From Eledone cirrhosa (lineage: Eukaryota), in contig OZ024742.1 in assembly GCA_964016885.1 (NCBI GenBank), positions 121,272,001 to 121,336,000 on the forward strand: a stretch of 64,000 nucleotides of DNA, given 5' to 3'. Position numbers and translations under genes: made by a program. Below are positions 44,631 through 57,548 of this stretch, piece by piece. Within the stretch, counting starts at the first letter, position 1. The number at the start of each line of letters is the position of its first letter. Below the pieces are notes generated by a model. The model saw only the letters and a list, made by a program, of their open reading frames with translations, made no database searches and was not told the DNA's origin.

Positions 44631-44848
44631 GGGATAACAAGTTATCTTTATAGGTAATCCAGTTAGAGGTTGTGAGTACTCTGCGTTGTAGAGAGTTTTA
44701 ACGTACGGCTTTGTTTGACTCAACAAGATGTTTCCATAGCTAGGCAGCCAGTTCGCGGGAATTCCTATGTAGGTTATACTTGGAGTGATAATAGTGAAAG
44801 AATGAAGAGTAACATGGTTGGCTGTACAACAAGGGGCTTTATTTCAGG

Positions 44849-44957
44849 TATTAACATTTGTTTCATTGATCAGGTGAGTCTAGAGGCCGCTAATCGCCCG
44901 AAGTTGCGTCCCTCGATCTCCATTACATTATCTACCTCTGACCAAATCCTCAGAATA
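44849..44957 (-). ncRNA. Hammerhead ribozyme motif (82-nt stem II domain)
   Basis: rc: TATT CTGAGGA T TTGGTCAG...CTGATCAA T GAAA C-AAAT-G TT AATA. Confidence 0.62.
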
Positions 44958-46434
44958 TGAATAATCCATACATGGCAAGATATATAGAGAAAAATAGCGT
45001 ATAATCAAAACAATAACATCAATAATAAAATATATGATAAATAGGTAAAGAAGTTACAAATGTAAAAAGTAAAAGATAAGAAGAAAGATACAGTAAAAAA
45101 GTAAGAAAATGGAAAAATAATAAAAATATTAAAAATATAAAGATGCAGCCAACATAGAATCACACATACATAAAATCAACCACAAAAATATCTCTAAAGA
45201 TAATAACCTACCAACACACACCATAGCACCAAATACAAAATGCAAACACATAACATCGCAACCACACACACATCAGGGCGCATCACAACAAGACACTAAT
45301 AGGCCTAAATCTCAACCCACCCACAACAACATACAAAACCGCAACGGAGAACCTGCACACAGAAAAGCCTCCAACTGTAACTGCCACCTACCGGATAAGT
45401 ACCCATTACAAAATAGATGCCTGGATTCGAGTATGGTGTACTTGTGTACTGTAAATTCATGCTGCTTTACTTGGCACTACATAAGTTCCACGGCTGGGGA
45501 GTTCAAGAAAAAGTGATACGTTCACAGACACCCCATGAAGAACCGTAGACTGGAGAACTCTACAACGCTCCCCAAGAAAATCTGGCAGCTTAAAAACACA
45601 AACCAGGAATATAGAATTAGCTGGTCAAAATTATCGGGAGCAAGGGCCTACGACAATGGAATGTCCCACTGCAGACTTTGTAATATGGAGCTATTCCATA
45701 TTTTAAGGTACGATAAGATGCTGCTTAACAGCAAAATAGAAAGATCAATTTTCTGTAGGCATAAAATAGCTACCAAGTTCACAAATTTCAAACCACCGTG
45801 ATTCGAACCAGCAATCCAAAAATTAGAACTGAACCACCTGGATTTTAACGTAGGAAATACATACCATCACACCGCTATTAGCTGTCAAACAGCCGACTGG
45901 TCACTAGATCATAAATCTCTTAACATCTCTTTCACCCTCTCTCACTGAAACCACATCAACCCCATTAAGCCAAGACAATCAGCAAATCATTTACCACTCA
46001 CATTTGTCACCCCCCTTCACCATCCACCCTTAGCCCTTCGGTCTCATACTAGTATCTCCCAATTAATCTCTAATTTATTGCTTTTTCTTTTATCTGTCAC
46101 TACCTCAGACTCTCTACACGTATCTATGTAGGTTTTGAATATGATTTTTCATGTTAGCACTAAATCCACCACAACATCCTTATACGGACACTTACTCACC
46201 TCTACCACTATCATATTCTGTACTTATATGCTCTCACTTATCCTTACTTCTTTATATTTTTAATATTTTTAATATTTTTCCATTTTCTTACTTTTTTACT
46301 GTATCTTTCTTCTTATCTTTTACTTTTTACATTTGTAACTTCTTTACCTATTTATCATATATTTTATTATTGATGTTATTGTTTTGATTATACGCTATTT
46401 TTCTCTATATATCTTGCCATGTATGGATTATTCA

Positions 46435-46543
46435 TATTCTGAGGATTTGGTCAGAGGTAGATAATGTAATGGTGATCGAGGGACGCAACTTCGGGCGATT
46501 AGCGGCCTCTAGACTCACCTGGTCAATGAAACAAATGTTAATA
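46435..46543 (+). ncRNA. Hammerhead ribozyme motif (82-nt stem II domain) in the PLE pLTR
   Basis: TATT CTGAGGA(46439) T TTGGTCAG...CTGGTCAA T GAAA(46528) C-AAAT-G TT AATA; AATAAA just downstream. Confidence 0.62.
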
Positions 46544-47599
46544 CCTGAAATAAAGCCCCTTGTTGTACAGCCAACCATGTTACTCTTCATTCTTTCACTA
46601 TTATCACTCCAAGTATAACCTACATAGGAATTCCCGCGAACTGGCTGCCTAACTATGGAAACATCTTGTTGAGTCAAACAAAGCCGTACGTTAAAACTCT
46701 CCACGACGCAGAGTACTCACATCCTCTAACTGGATTACCTATAATGATAACTTGTTATCCCATATACCCAGCTCCCACTAGGTTGAGCAACAACCTTAAC
46801 GCACGGCACTAACATGGAAAAGCACCACATAGGCATGTCATTGAAAGACATACCTATACCTACAAACAAGGACTATACACTCGGCATGATACAGCGTACT
46901 AATGAATTCATCCGTCGAATCCGATGGAAGGCCTATCATTACGATAATGGACACGCTAAGAACACGGAGGAATTTACTATGGAAAAATACGGATTCAAAT
47001 CCTGCAAAAATCCACCAAATAACCCCCAGCTCGTTACCTTCGAACTCGACCTCATGATAAGTGGAACCAAATTAAAAAACGGACACATCACAACAAACTG
47101 CAAAACGACATCAATGCACTACTAAAGAAATTGCGTAAAACCAACGGTATTATAGTAAAAGGGGACAAAACATCAAATGTATACACCATGAGCCTTAATA
47201 CATACATCAACTTTATACGCCGTGAATTGAACAAAAAATACAAGAAAACAAGAGAATCTGCACTCACTAGCATTAATAAGGAGGGACTTAGCATAGAAAA
47301 AAAACCTAAAAATATCTGATAGAACAGAGCCTCTAACCCCTTGTAACCCCACATTTAACCTAAAGGATCACAAAAATAATTTCGAAACAGACCCCGCAAT
47401 TAGATTAATATGCCATCGAAGTCGGATATAGGTAGAATTAGCAAGTATATACTAGATAGAGTAATCGCACAAATCAAGGACAAACTAGTAATTAAGCTAG
47501 TAATTAAACTAGTAATTAAACTAGTAATCGCACAAATCAAGCACAAACTAGTAATTAAACTAGTAATTAAGCTCAAATCATATTAGATTCAAATATCAC

Positions 47600-47691
<92 letters not shown>

Positions 47692-48078
47692 ATGAGGTGC
47701 AACAGAAATGAAACATGGATTACAGGTTAAAATATAATCTAGGTAGATGTGAACATTTGATTGCGCTGTTTTGTTTCGACTTATGTATTTTTTGAAAATG
47801 TTATTTATTCATTATAAAAATTAAATGATAGCATTCTATATGTAGGTGGGCCCCCTTCATCTCTTGGCAACCAATATTTTAGACCCAGTCCGCCACCTGT
47901 ATACACTTAGTCCTGAAGCATAATTAGTCCAGTCTATCTTAATATATATATAATTGGTGTTGGATGCTTAAAGCGTCCGTATGCAGTAGGCCGTTTGAGC
48001 ACTCGATGCTCTCATAGAGGAGAGTATGATATCACACAAAAAAAAGAGAATCAGTGTTGCGACGAATGGAATTTATTG

Positions 48079-48172
48079 GACATATTACAATCGTTTCTCT
48101 GGCGACCAGCTCGAGGCACGATCGATGTGATGATCGAACCTGACTGAAAATCGCAAGGTCTTCAGATACGTC
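48079..48172 (-). ncRNA. Hammerhead ribozyme motif (61-nt stem II domain, GUA site), unrelated pLTR family
   Basis: rc: GACGTAT CTGAAGA CCTTGCGA...TCGCCAGA GAAA C-GATT-G TA ATATGTC CAATAAA; 7-bp stem I. Confidence 0.75.
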
Positions 48173-48174
48173 TT

Positions 48175-48215
<41 letters not shown>

Positions 48216-48223
<8 letters not shown>

Positions 48224-48334
48224 TAAAATAACAGATTAAAGTTTAAGCAAAGAATCGCTGCTTTCACCCTTAACGGGATCTTCTGAAACTTGCAATTCTT
48301 TGCTTAAACTTAAATCTGTTATTTTAATAAATAT
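48216..48334. repeat. 40-bp inverted repeat around a degenerate hammerhead-like spacer
   Basis: Arms 48216-48255/48295-48334; spacer rc CAGAAGA TCCC-GTTAA-GGGT GAAA. Confidence 0.65.
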
Positions 48335-48417
48335 TTGCTCTACGGTTCTTATATATTTGATATATATTTATCTTTATCGAGTCCTCTTTGGATTTTAGTC
48401 TTCAAATTTATTATTAT

Positions 48418-48459
<42 letters not shown>

Positions 48460-48463
<4 letters not shown>

Positions 48464-49442
48464 GTAGAACACTGGAGGGTAATATCCGTAGTGGTAGAGC
48501 ACTCAGTCCATGGGACGAGTTAGGTAGAAGTGGTTACACAACAGTTAGTTCACCATACCGAGAACAATTGTTTCACCTTAGCGGATCCTCAGCTCGCAAT
48601 GGACATGGTATAACCATGTCCATTACGAGTATTAACAATTGTTTCGTTGATCAGGTGAGTCTAAAGGCCGCTAATAACTCGAAGTTGTGTCACTCGACCT
48701 TAAATACTGTGTGTGTCTCTGATCAAATCATCGGAATGCTGGAGGGTGTAACAAATGGCATTGGTATTTATAGGTGCATCGGAGAATCAAGTGAATGAAA
48801 ACAATAACATCAACAATAAAAGATAATAATAAAGAAGTGAAAATGAAAATGATAAAGATGTAAAAATTAAGCAAACAATAAATAAGTACAGAATACGGTG
48901 GTTGATAATAGTAGTAGTGGTAGTTTAAGTTATAATTGTTTCTACTTTAGGCACAAGGCCAGCAATTACCCAGTGCATTACTGGTACTTTATTTTATCGA
49001 CCCCGTAAGGATGAAAGGCAAAGTCAACCTCGGCGGGATTTGAACTCAGATCGTAAAGGGACGTAACTATGATGGAAAGCATGGCGTCCGACCCTCTACC
49101 GATACTGCCAATCCACCATGGTGAGTAAGTGGATGTGTAAAATAGTGATGACGGTAAACATAGCAATAACATGAAAAGCAATACGGGATACATGATATGT
49201 AGTATAAATACAAGAGGTATAATCAAATAGAAGATTAAAATAAAAAATAAAAAATAAGTAAGAGAGGAAGAGATAAGGGATAGGGGACAGAGAGTGAGGA
49301 TAAGGATTCGAGGATGAGATATAAGGGTTACGACTAAGGACGGGGAAGGAGTAGATAGATAGAGAAAAGTGAAAGGAGCAGTGATGATATATGGGGTGTT
49401 AATGTCTACCAGACTGATTGTTTTATCTTAATGGAGGTGATG

Positions 49443-49509
<67 letters not shown>

Positions 49510-49693
49510 AGAGAGAGAGAGAGAGTGAAAGAGAGGTTGGGAGATTTATGATGTTGATTTAATGATCGGTTGGCCAGTTGACAGCCAATAACAGTGGGGT
49601 GGTGTGGAGCTAGTACCTTAAAACACGGGTGGTTCTGCTTGAATTCTGAGATTGCTGGATCGAATCATGCCTGTTATAAGTTAGAGAACTTAC
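48460..49693 (-). mobile_element. Minus-strand 3' UTR/pLTR of a related PLE subfamily (SINE inserted at ~48933-49118)
   Basis: 49560-49693 rc resembles 45775-45910; 48600-48740 resembles 44810-44960; bounded by (TA)n and (TATG)n. Confidence 0.7.
48628..48740 (-). ncRNA. Hammerhead motif (82-nt stem II domain; core variant CCGAUGA)
   Basis: rc: AGCATT CCGATGA T TTGATCAG...CTGATCAA C GAAA C-AATT-G TT AATACT. Confidence 0.6.
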
Positions 49694-49724
<31 letters not shown>

Positions 49725-51719
49725 TGTATGTATGTATGTATGTATGTATGTATGTATGTATGTATGTATGTATGTATGTAGATACATATTCATATATATA
49801 TATATATATTGAGATGGACTGGACTCGTTATGCTTCAGGACTAAGTGATTGCAGGTTCCCTAGACAACCATTGTACCAACAACTAATGGACTATGCAAGA
49901 CCTTAGCATACGGCTAGGCGTGACTTAAGTGAATAGGAACGAGAACTGAGATTTCGGGATGTTTGGCATCAAATTGTACTACTTGGAAAATGTTGATTTA
50001 CAATGGCTGTGTAGAAAGTGAGGCTGAGAACATCTGTGCAAAATTGCTCCATGCAGCTCGCAAGATTGAAAAGACAGCACTGACTATGGCGAGGAAGAAA
50101 CGAGGTATTAACTGCTGTTGTATCCTGCAGGACTGACGAACTGCTTTAAGTTACATGGGAATCAGCCAGCCAAACACTATTAGGTGCCTAACATGTATGT
50201 ATGGTAGAGACGCATAACTACCGAGGGAGTCATTGGAGTGCCATATTGATAAACGGCGTTTCTTAGGGTATTTTAAAATCTGGCGGAACCTATCCCTCTC
50301 CAGGCCCGAGTACAGCATATTTCTTCCAGAGAAGGATAGTGAGTGAGAGAAATGAAGTGAGGAAGAAATATAGAGGAAGAATCGACTTCAGTACTAGATT
50401 AGTTCTTTTTTTATCGACCTTGAAAGGATGAAAAGCATAGTTGACCTCGTCGGGCGTAGAAAGCCGAAACGAATACCGTAACGCATTCTATCCGGCGTTC
50501 TAACGACTCTATCAATTCGCCGCCTTGCCTGACATGTAGTACCGTTAATATCAGCTTTAATAACATATTTCGTACGTACTGAATGGTCAAATAATAACAT
50601 ATTTCGTATTGAGTGGTCAGCAAGACATTCGTATGGTAGTATCACACATGTATGAAATCTGCGATAGACCCTGCAAGTCAGCAGCTGGCTTTAAAAGCCA
50701 CCTAGAGCCTATGCCAAGGAGGTACGGTACCACAAATAAGAACGAAATAGGGACCACAAGAGGTGGACATTTTGGGTGAGAAAACTAAAAACCAATAATT
50801 TAAGAATGAATTATTTCGATAAACACCGAGTTATGGACACTCCCTTGTCACTCTGGTCATCAGAAATGTAGTGAACCAGTGATAGGTCCGTTTGAGACCT
50901 GTAACTAGCGATGTTATTCTTCACACATTGTGATAACATTGTGATAACATAACAAAATGAAATTAATAAAGGCATTTTGTTTAACGCAACTAAACTGACA
51001 ACTAAACTATTCCATTATCAAAAAGAAATATTAGAAATATCTCGAAACTGCGTCATTTTTTCTTCTATAATATCCTACGAAGAAATTTATGGTTATTTGC
51101 AACGAAGATAATTCTGTTAAATTTCTTGACTGTTATTTCTCGCCTACATATTTTGTTTTATTCCAATTCTTTTTTATAGGTAAAACATCTATTAATTATC
51201 ATATCTTTCTCACAAGCTAAACTGTAGAAATTCTGAAGATTATATAAATATGAAAAACTATCAATATCCTCCTAAGAGAAAAAGATAAATCTTTTTCACC
51301 CAAATCAAACTTACTCATGGAATTCATGTGATCTCTAACAAATATAAGACTAGTGTGTATTTCTCATTTCTTTTATACTAAGCTAATGAAGAATTGTTAT
51401 TTTCAAGGGAAAAGAACGCATGTCTTTTGTACTTTAACAGTCCGAAAATAAGTGATACCATATAGGTTATTTTTTATTGCTTATTGAGAAAGACAGCACC
51501 TATAATCCTTTTCAGGGTCCTAGGGACTGGTGGGCGTGAGGAAGGTATTCTCAAATTGGAAACTTGGTCGGAATACTTACAACAGAGTAGATTTCTCTAA
51601 AGGCAATCAATGGCCAGGTAGTGGGGTTCAACCGAGTGACCGATTAAGTTTACCACTCAAATAGATTTTAATTCACAACGGAAAGACTAAATACGGCAAA
51701 GGATCTCGCCCGGTACTCT

Positions 51720-52400
51720 ATTTATTTATTTATTTATTTATTTATTTATTAAATAAATTTAAACGTCCGTATAGAGCTAGTAAGCCATGACAGCCTAGGG
51801 AAAGTATCTAATACTTATAGAACAGAGATAAGTGCATATAAAAATAAAAAAAGCAAGAGAAGCTGTAGTGCAGCTAGGAAGTTCTGTTGTTGAATCTTTT
51901 TGTAACCTCTATGTACTCAAAGCTTTTGTTTATAGTCGGTAGATATTTTACAATATCTTGTATCTCCAATCTTGGTACATTTTTAATGATCGGCTTCAAG
52001 ATGCCTCTCTCTCAGACTGATAGCTTTTTACATAGGAACAAATAGTGCCAGAGATTCTGTGAAGTCTCCAGAAGAACATAGAGGCGATTCTCTACGACCA
52101 GTTCGTGATAAAATTCGATCGGAGGCTGAAGCCACCGAATTTACCAGGGAGTGTTGTTAGTTGTCAGCCGGTGCTGTCGAAGCTAACATTGCATATACGT
52201 TAAGTAAAGTGTCGGATGGTATTGAATGAGTTTGTGCATTACGTCCTTTAATGTGCTCATGGTAGGTGCAATGTGTCCGAACACAGAAGAGCCGAACTAT
52301 CTCACCGCACCCATCTCTCTCGTCCTCCCCAATCTAATTCAATGGTACATGTCCAATTCGACGCCCTCATCGATTATCTTTATTAACGTTGTTCAGCATC
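51720..52400 (-). mobile_element. Old LINE 3' remnant (I/Nimb- or CR1-like)
   Basis: rc ESPLCSSG..ES..HYLFLCKK zinc-knuckle relic and (AAAT)n tail. Confidence 0.4.
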
Positions 52401-53125
52401 TGATATGTTTCAAATATTTCCAGATGTGGTTGAGAAAGTGGATGATTGAATTTTGATAGCTTATCTCTAGATTCTTTCCCCAATTTTTCCCCACCCTTGA
52501 CTAATTCTGCCATTCCATCGGACTTGGTGTGATACTTTACTGTATCAATCCCAGAAAGATAACAGGAAAAATTGACTTCGGCGGGGTTTGAACACAGAAC
52601 AGGGAGAACCGGAAAAGTACTGCAATACATTTTGTCCTATGCTCTAATAACTCTACTAATTCGCGGACCCAGACATAACAGCTGAACGGGTGTCACTTTG
52701 TATCCCATCACCATGTTGTTCTATGCTGAAGGTCAAGACAATTTGCTCTCATTCTTCCTGGCTTGGCTCATCTTCTTGAGAGTAACCTAACACTAGTTGA
52801 GTCAGTGCTAACATAATATAGAAAGTAAAATAAACCCGGTTAATTAAAATGAAAGGCGATGAAGTAAGGGAGTTGTTAGAACGTCAGATAGAATGCTTTC
52901 GGCAAAATTTGAATACAGAACGTAAAGAGCCGGAACAAATACTGTTAAGTATTTGACAATGTTCTGAATGGAGGTGGTGGACGTTTAACATGACAAAATG
53001 CTTATTTGACTGCCTTGAAAAATATGCATAAGACGAATAATATGCAGATAGATTATTCACATGATGAATAAATGGCAAAGAATTCTGCAGTTAGAGACAA
53101 AAAGGGATTAAACAATAACCATATA

Positions 53126-53532
53126 CAGTCTATTCGTTTTTTACGCGGCTTTGCAGATGATCAATGCAAATTGACAATGGAAAGGCGCTCCCGCTCGAGT
53201 TAGAAGAGAACTATTGATTGTATACCCCTGATTGTATTCAGCAACTGAAACAAATATGAAGTACACCAAATCCAATGCTCCTAGGGACGGCCCTGGTTCT
53301 TCTTATTTGCGAGTGTAAACTCAGCCAGATTAGATTAGATTGAAGTACGCGAATTCGTTTTAACGCCTCTTGAAAAAATATTATTAAATATTGCCTTTGC
53401 GCGAATAACGTGCTATAAAATGCGTGTCTTTAAAGAAACATTTATTTATCAGACATATAATATTGAATTACGCGAATTTGCTTTACGCGCCGTGTTCACG
53501 AACGCATCTTCGCGTAAAAAGCGAACAGACTG
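53126..53532. mobile_element. pogo/Tigger-type MITE
   Basis: TA|CAGTCTATTCGTTTTTTACGCG ... CGCGTAAAAAGCGAACAGACTG|TA. Confidence 0.72.
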
Positions 53533-54499
53533 TATTTATCAGAAGAGGAATATTCCCAGAGGACTTCCCCTCTCCCCTCTTTGTTGTACCTGATTTTAAT
53601 ACCTTTAACCAACCTGTTAAACCATGCTAGAGCCAGATATAAATATGTGATAATCAATCAACCATTTCTTCTATATAAACAACTTCAATTTGTACGCTGC
53701 AGATGATAAACAACTAGAATTACATCTACAGACATAACCCAAATTTATTAGAGGAGGAGTTGTTATGAGATTCTGGTTAGATTAATGTGCTAAAGAAGTC
53801 TTGAAGAGAGAAGAATTAATTAAGGACACTGTCATGTTAAATAAAGAAACAGAGATAAGAGAATTTCCCCATACACGGAGTTAGTAATATGTAGGAGTTA
53901 ATGAACTTGGCAATACAACATACTCACGAATGAAAGATAGATTAGGAATGAATATTATCGACGTATTAGATTAATACCAACAATAGAGCTCACGGTAAAA
54001 AAGGTATAAGGCATTAATTAATTTTCTCGTCCAATAATAGATTATTCTTATAATACTGTCAGTTTGACGTTAAATGAATTAGTAAGACTAATTAGGTTAA
54101 CTTTGCCGTTCATCCTTACGGGGTCGATAAAATAAAGTACCAGTAATGCACTGGGGTAATTGCTGGCCTTGTGCCAAAAGTAGAAACAATTAAATGAATT
54201 AGTAAGACTAGGTATCAACACAGTAAACAAAATGACTGAATTTAGGATTCTTCTTCTTCTTCTTCTTCTTCTTCTTTTTCTTCTTCTTCTTATTATTATT
54301 ATCGTTGGATTGGCAGTATCGGTAGAGCGTCAGGCACCATGCTTTACAGCATAGAGTTATGGCCCTTTATGTTCTGAGTTCAAATCCCGCCGAGGTTAGA
54401 TTTGTTTTGGTCCTTACGGAGTTGATAAAATAAAACACCAGTAATGCACTGTGGTAATTGCAGGCCTTGTCCCTAAAGTAGAAACAATTATTTTTATTA

Positions 54500-54855
54500 T
54501 TCCCGCAAGGGCCGCAGGGACTCTCTTCAAACATTCCTTCCAATGGGTCCTGTCAGAAGCAACCAGCTGGATCCTCAAGCTAAAAAATCCGAGCTCATTG
54601 ATGTTGTCCAACCATCTTGCTCGGGATCTAGCCCTGGGTCTCCTGTAAGGTTGGTTTTGTCCTTAAAATCTGTTCAGCGATTCTTTCCTGAGACATTCTA
54701 ACCACATGCCTGTAATATCGGAGCTGTGATCTCTCAATTCAGTGAAGTATGGCTCTACCTGGCGCGACTCTCTGATATTTGAGCTTCGTACTCTATCGAG
54801 TAACGTTACACCAAAAACTCTTTGGAGGAACTCCATTTCGGCCGATTGTATTCAC
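54500..54855 (-). mobile_element. RTE (Expander-like) 3' fragment
   Basis: Reverse-complement homologue of 9015-9398. Confidence 0.62.
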
Positions 54856-56547
54856 CAAAATTCTGATATAGGAAAAATTATTTATCACGAATACTGAGAG
54901 GTCGAAGCCACATGCGACTAATATAAAAGACAGAATTACTATAAAGTATTCACTGTATGACGACAAAAATATCCAGTAGAAATCAAGTGAAAACTAATAC
55001 AAATAGCTATAAAACACGAACAAACTAAAGCCGTTTTCTGTCTTCAAGGAACCATCAATTATAAAATAGAGACTGAAGCTAGAGACAGATTTGAAGAAAA
55101 GGAGGAATCAATCTTCGCCATTACCTGAACCCCCGCCCCACAAAACAACAACAAAACAAAAAAAAAACAACAACAACATGAAGAAGAAAGAACAAGATGA
55201 AAATAAATGGAGGAGAAGAGCCAAACTTAAAGCTGAGACCCAAAGTTTTTTACTTAGCAGCACAGGATCAAAAGTTACCTTCTAGAAACCACGAAAAACA
55301 CACAATGAATCAAACTACAGTAACTAGAAAATGTGTTCTATTAACGTTTTTTCGGTAAATACTGAAGATTCTAAAACATTTCGACGTTTGGAATTAGGAA
55401 TAGGGGTTGAAGTCTGTTCTAAGCTGAAGGCTCATCAGGCCGGTGTTTATCCCTGGTTCCTTAGCGTGAAACAACTGAGAGTACAGACTCTCCCTGGATA
55501 AGACGCCGGTCTATCGCAGGTTAATGTTTTGCTCAGGAACACAACACAGCGGCCTGTTCAGGAATCGAACCGACGGTGTTACGATCATACGGCAAGCATC
55601 CAAAATGATTAGGGAGTCGGGCTAAACAAACAAAACATTTATAGGCAATACGGGGGTTCTGCTATTCACAACATTAGATTTTACATACTTCATGGTAAAG
55701 CTATTTCATACATCATGGTAAAGCTATTTACAGATATGTAGCCTGAGCGGTCATAGAGCTGCAGATAAATAGCTGCACCACTGACGAGAAAAGAATAGAC
55801 ATTCTTTCAGTTATGAACCCAACATGATATCTTCACAACTAGCTATATTATCATATTACCTCAATACCATTACATGTCGATATCGACAAATCAAGTGAGA
55901 TAAGATCTGTTTATCAATTGACACGTAATTTCATATATGGCAACGTTAGTTGATATTATTATATATTTTTCAGCCAACCACACTCCATCTCATCACCCAT
56001 CTTTACACCACAATTTCCTTTCTTTCGATTTCTTTCTCAAAAACACACCCACAAAACATTATTTCCAGCCATGTGTTTTCTCTCTGATCCTATTTGTAAG
56101 ACAAAATCCTATTTATCCAAAGAGATAATCCTGTTTCCCAAGAACCAGTAGTTTCCGTATCACCTCTATTTTGGATGTAAGGATTGGAAAACTAACATAA
56201 ATGAAATATAGTTCAGTACTACACAGCCGCTGTTGACCAAGACATGCCATTTATTTAACATGATTTATTACATATTTTCATTATTTTGCCTTGTTTTTGC
56301 TATATTGCGCTGCTGTAATTCTCGTTTTCACTGTGATAGAGTCGAATTGGTTATTGTTCTAAAGAGAATTGCTTCGCAGCGAAGATAAATGAGAAATTTG
56401 GTAATTTATTTAAGCTGTGAGTCGATATCAAACAGTATTGCTTGGAATTAGGATTTAACAAAGAAACAGAATGGATCCTTCATACGAATAGATCACTAGA
56501 AACTGTGATTCAGTCTGAGCGTATGTATGTATGTATGTATGTATGTA

Positions 56548-57468
56548 TGTCTCTTTCTCTTAATTTCGAGTATATCTTTTTTGACTGGCCACCTTCCTGG
56601 TGGCAAGGTTGTAAAAGAAAAGAAATTGTCATCCCTTGAATCGCAAGAATGTTTTGCAAATTTTGAAGGTGCCAGCTATCGCAGCCATTTGCAGACTATG
56701 AATTAGGGAGCTGCGCTTTTTGTCCGCAAATCCAAGTTCAGTCATACTTTGGTCCAAGCGGGTTGGTATATAACCCGTAGCTCCAATAATGATGGGTATG
56801 AAGCTAAAGGTGTAACTTGGATACTGGATTTGTAAACTCCTCATCAATGGTCCGTAGATGTCCTCCTTCTCCTGTATTTTTCTGACAACGTTTACATCAA
56901 GTGGGCAGCTGATCTCCACAACAGAACACGTTTTCAATGTGTGGTCCCAAACAACAATATCAGGCCGGTTGTACTTTAATTTGGTGGCAGTTTTTATTTT
57001 CAGGTTCCACCAGTATTCCTTAGTGCCATCTGTCTCAATATATTCTTCCTTGTTTGTTGTTAATTTTGTTTTCCGAAGTGCGTTCCAGATGGTTCTAGCT
57101 ATCCCATCGTGTCTCATGGGAAGGTAGTAGCGAGATGACATTCTTTCGCAGCTGGCAACAATGTGGCTTACATCCTCGATCTTTGTTTTACATAGCCTAC
57201 ATTTATTGTCAGCTGCTGGTCCTCCTCTTTTGTGCAGCAGATATTTGGTAGGGAGTTCTTGTTCCTGTATTGCATAGAGATATCCCTCAAGGTGTGATGT
57301 CATAAACTTGTCGGAACTCCATGCCAGGCTTTTTGAGTGGTTTATCCCCTCTATGGTCTGTGTTTTACGTCTCAAGTATCCATGTACAACTTTTTCTGTA
57401 AATTGGTCAATTTTTTCATCTTGTTTGAACATTGAATAGGATCTTCCGATTTCTCTGGGTGAGAGATT
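56548..57468 (-). mobile_element. 5'-truncated copy of the 35425-39058 Dong-like element (RLE domain + 3' UTR)
   Basis: ORF 56629-57432 differs from the full-length C-terminus at only a few residues; (TATG)n on both sides. Confidence 0.93.
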
Positions 57469-57500
<32 letters not shown>

Positions 57501-57548
57501 TGTATGTATGTATGTATGTATGTATGTATGTATGTATGTATGTTTATG

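Larger units (their letters stand above)
44626..47480 (+). mobile_element. Penelope-like element insertion: inverted pLTR piece + GIY-YIG end + 3' UTR/pLTR + N-terminal ORF tail
   Basis: 44626-45143 is the reverse complement of 46250-46766. 45370-45801 encodes decayed CNC..PL..CL..MVY..YIS and KIWQLK..ISW..CRLC..E..LLNSK..CRH. 46814-47480 encodes SLKDIPIP..FIRRIRWKA..YGFKS..KGDKTSNVY..LKDHKNNF, frameshifted. Confidence 0.85.

Noticed and set aside
45505-45535. In-frame TGA in the PLE endonuclease read as selenocysteine (as in some Naiads)
   Set aside because: It falls at an Arg-like position (FKK-R-Y), consistent with CGA>TGA decay; the copy is otherwise degraded, has a C-terminal endonuclease, and no SECIS was seen.
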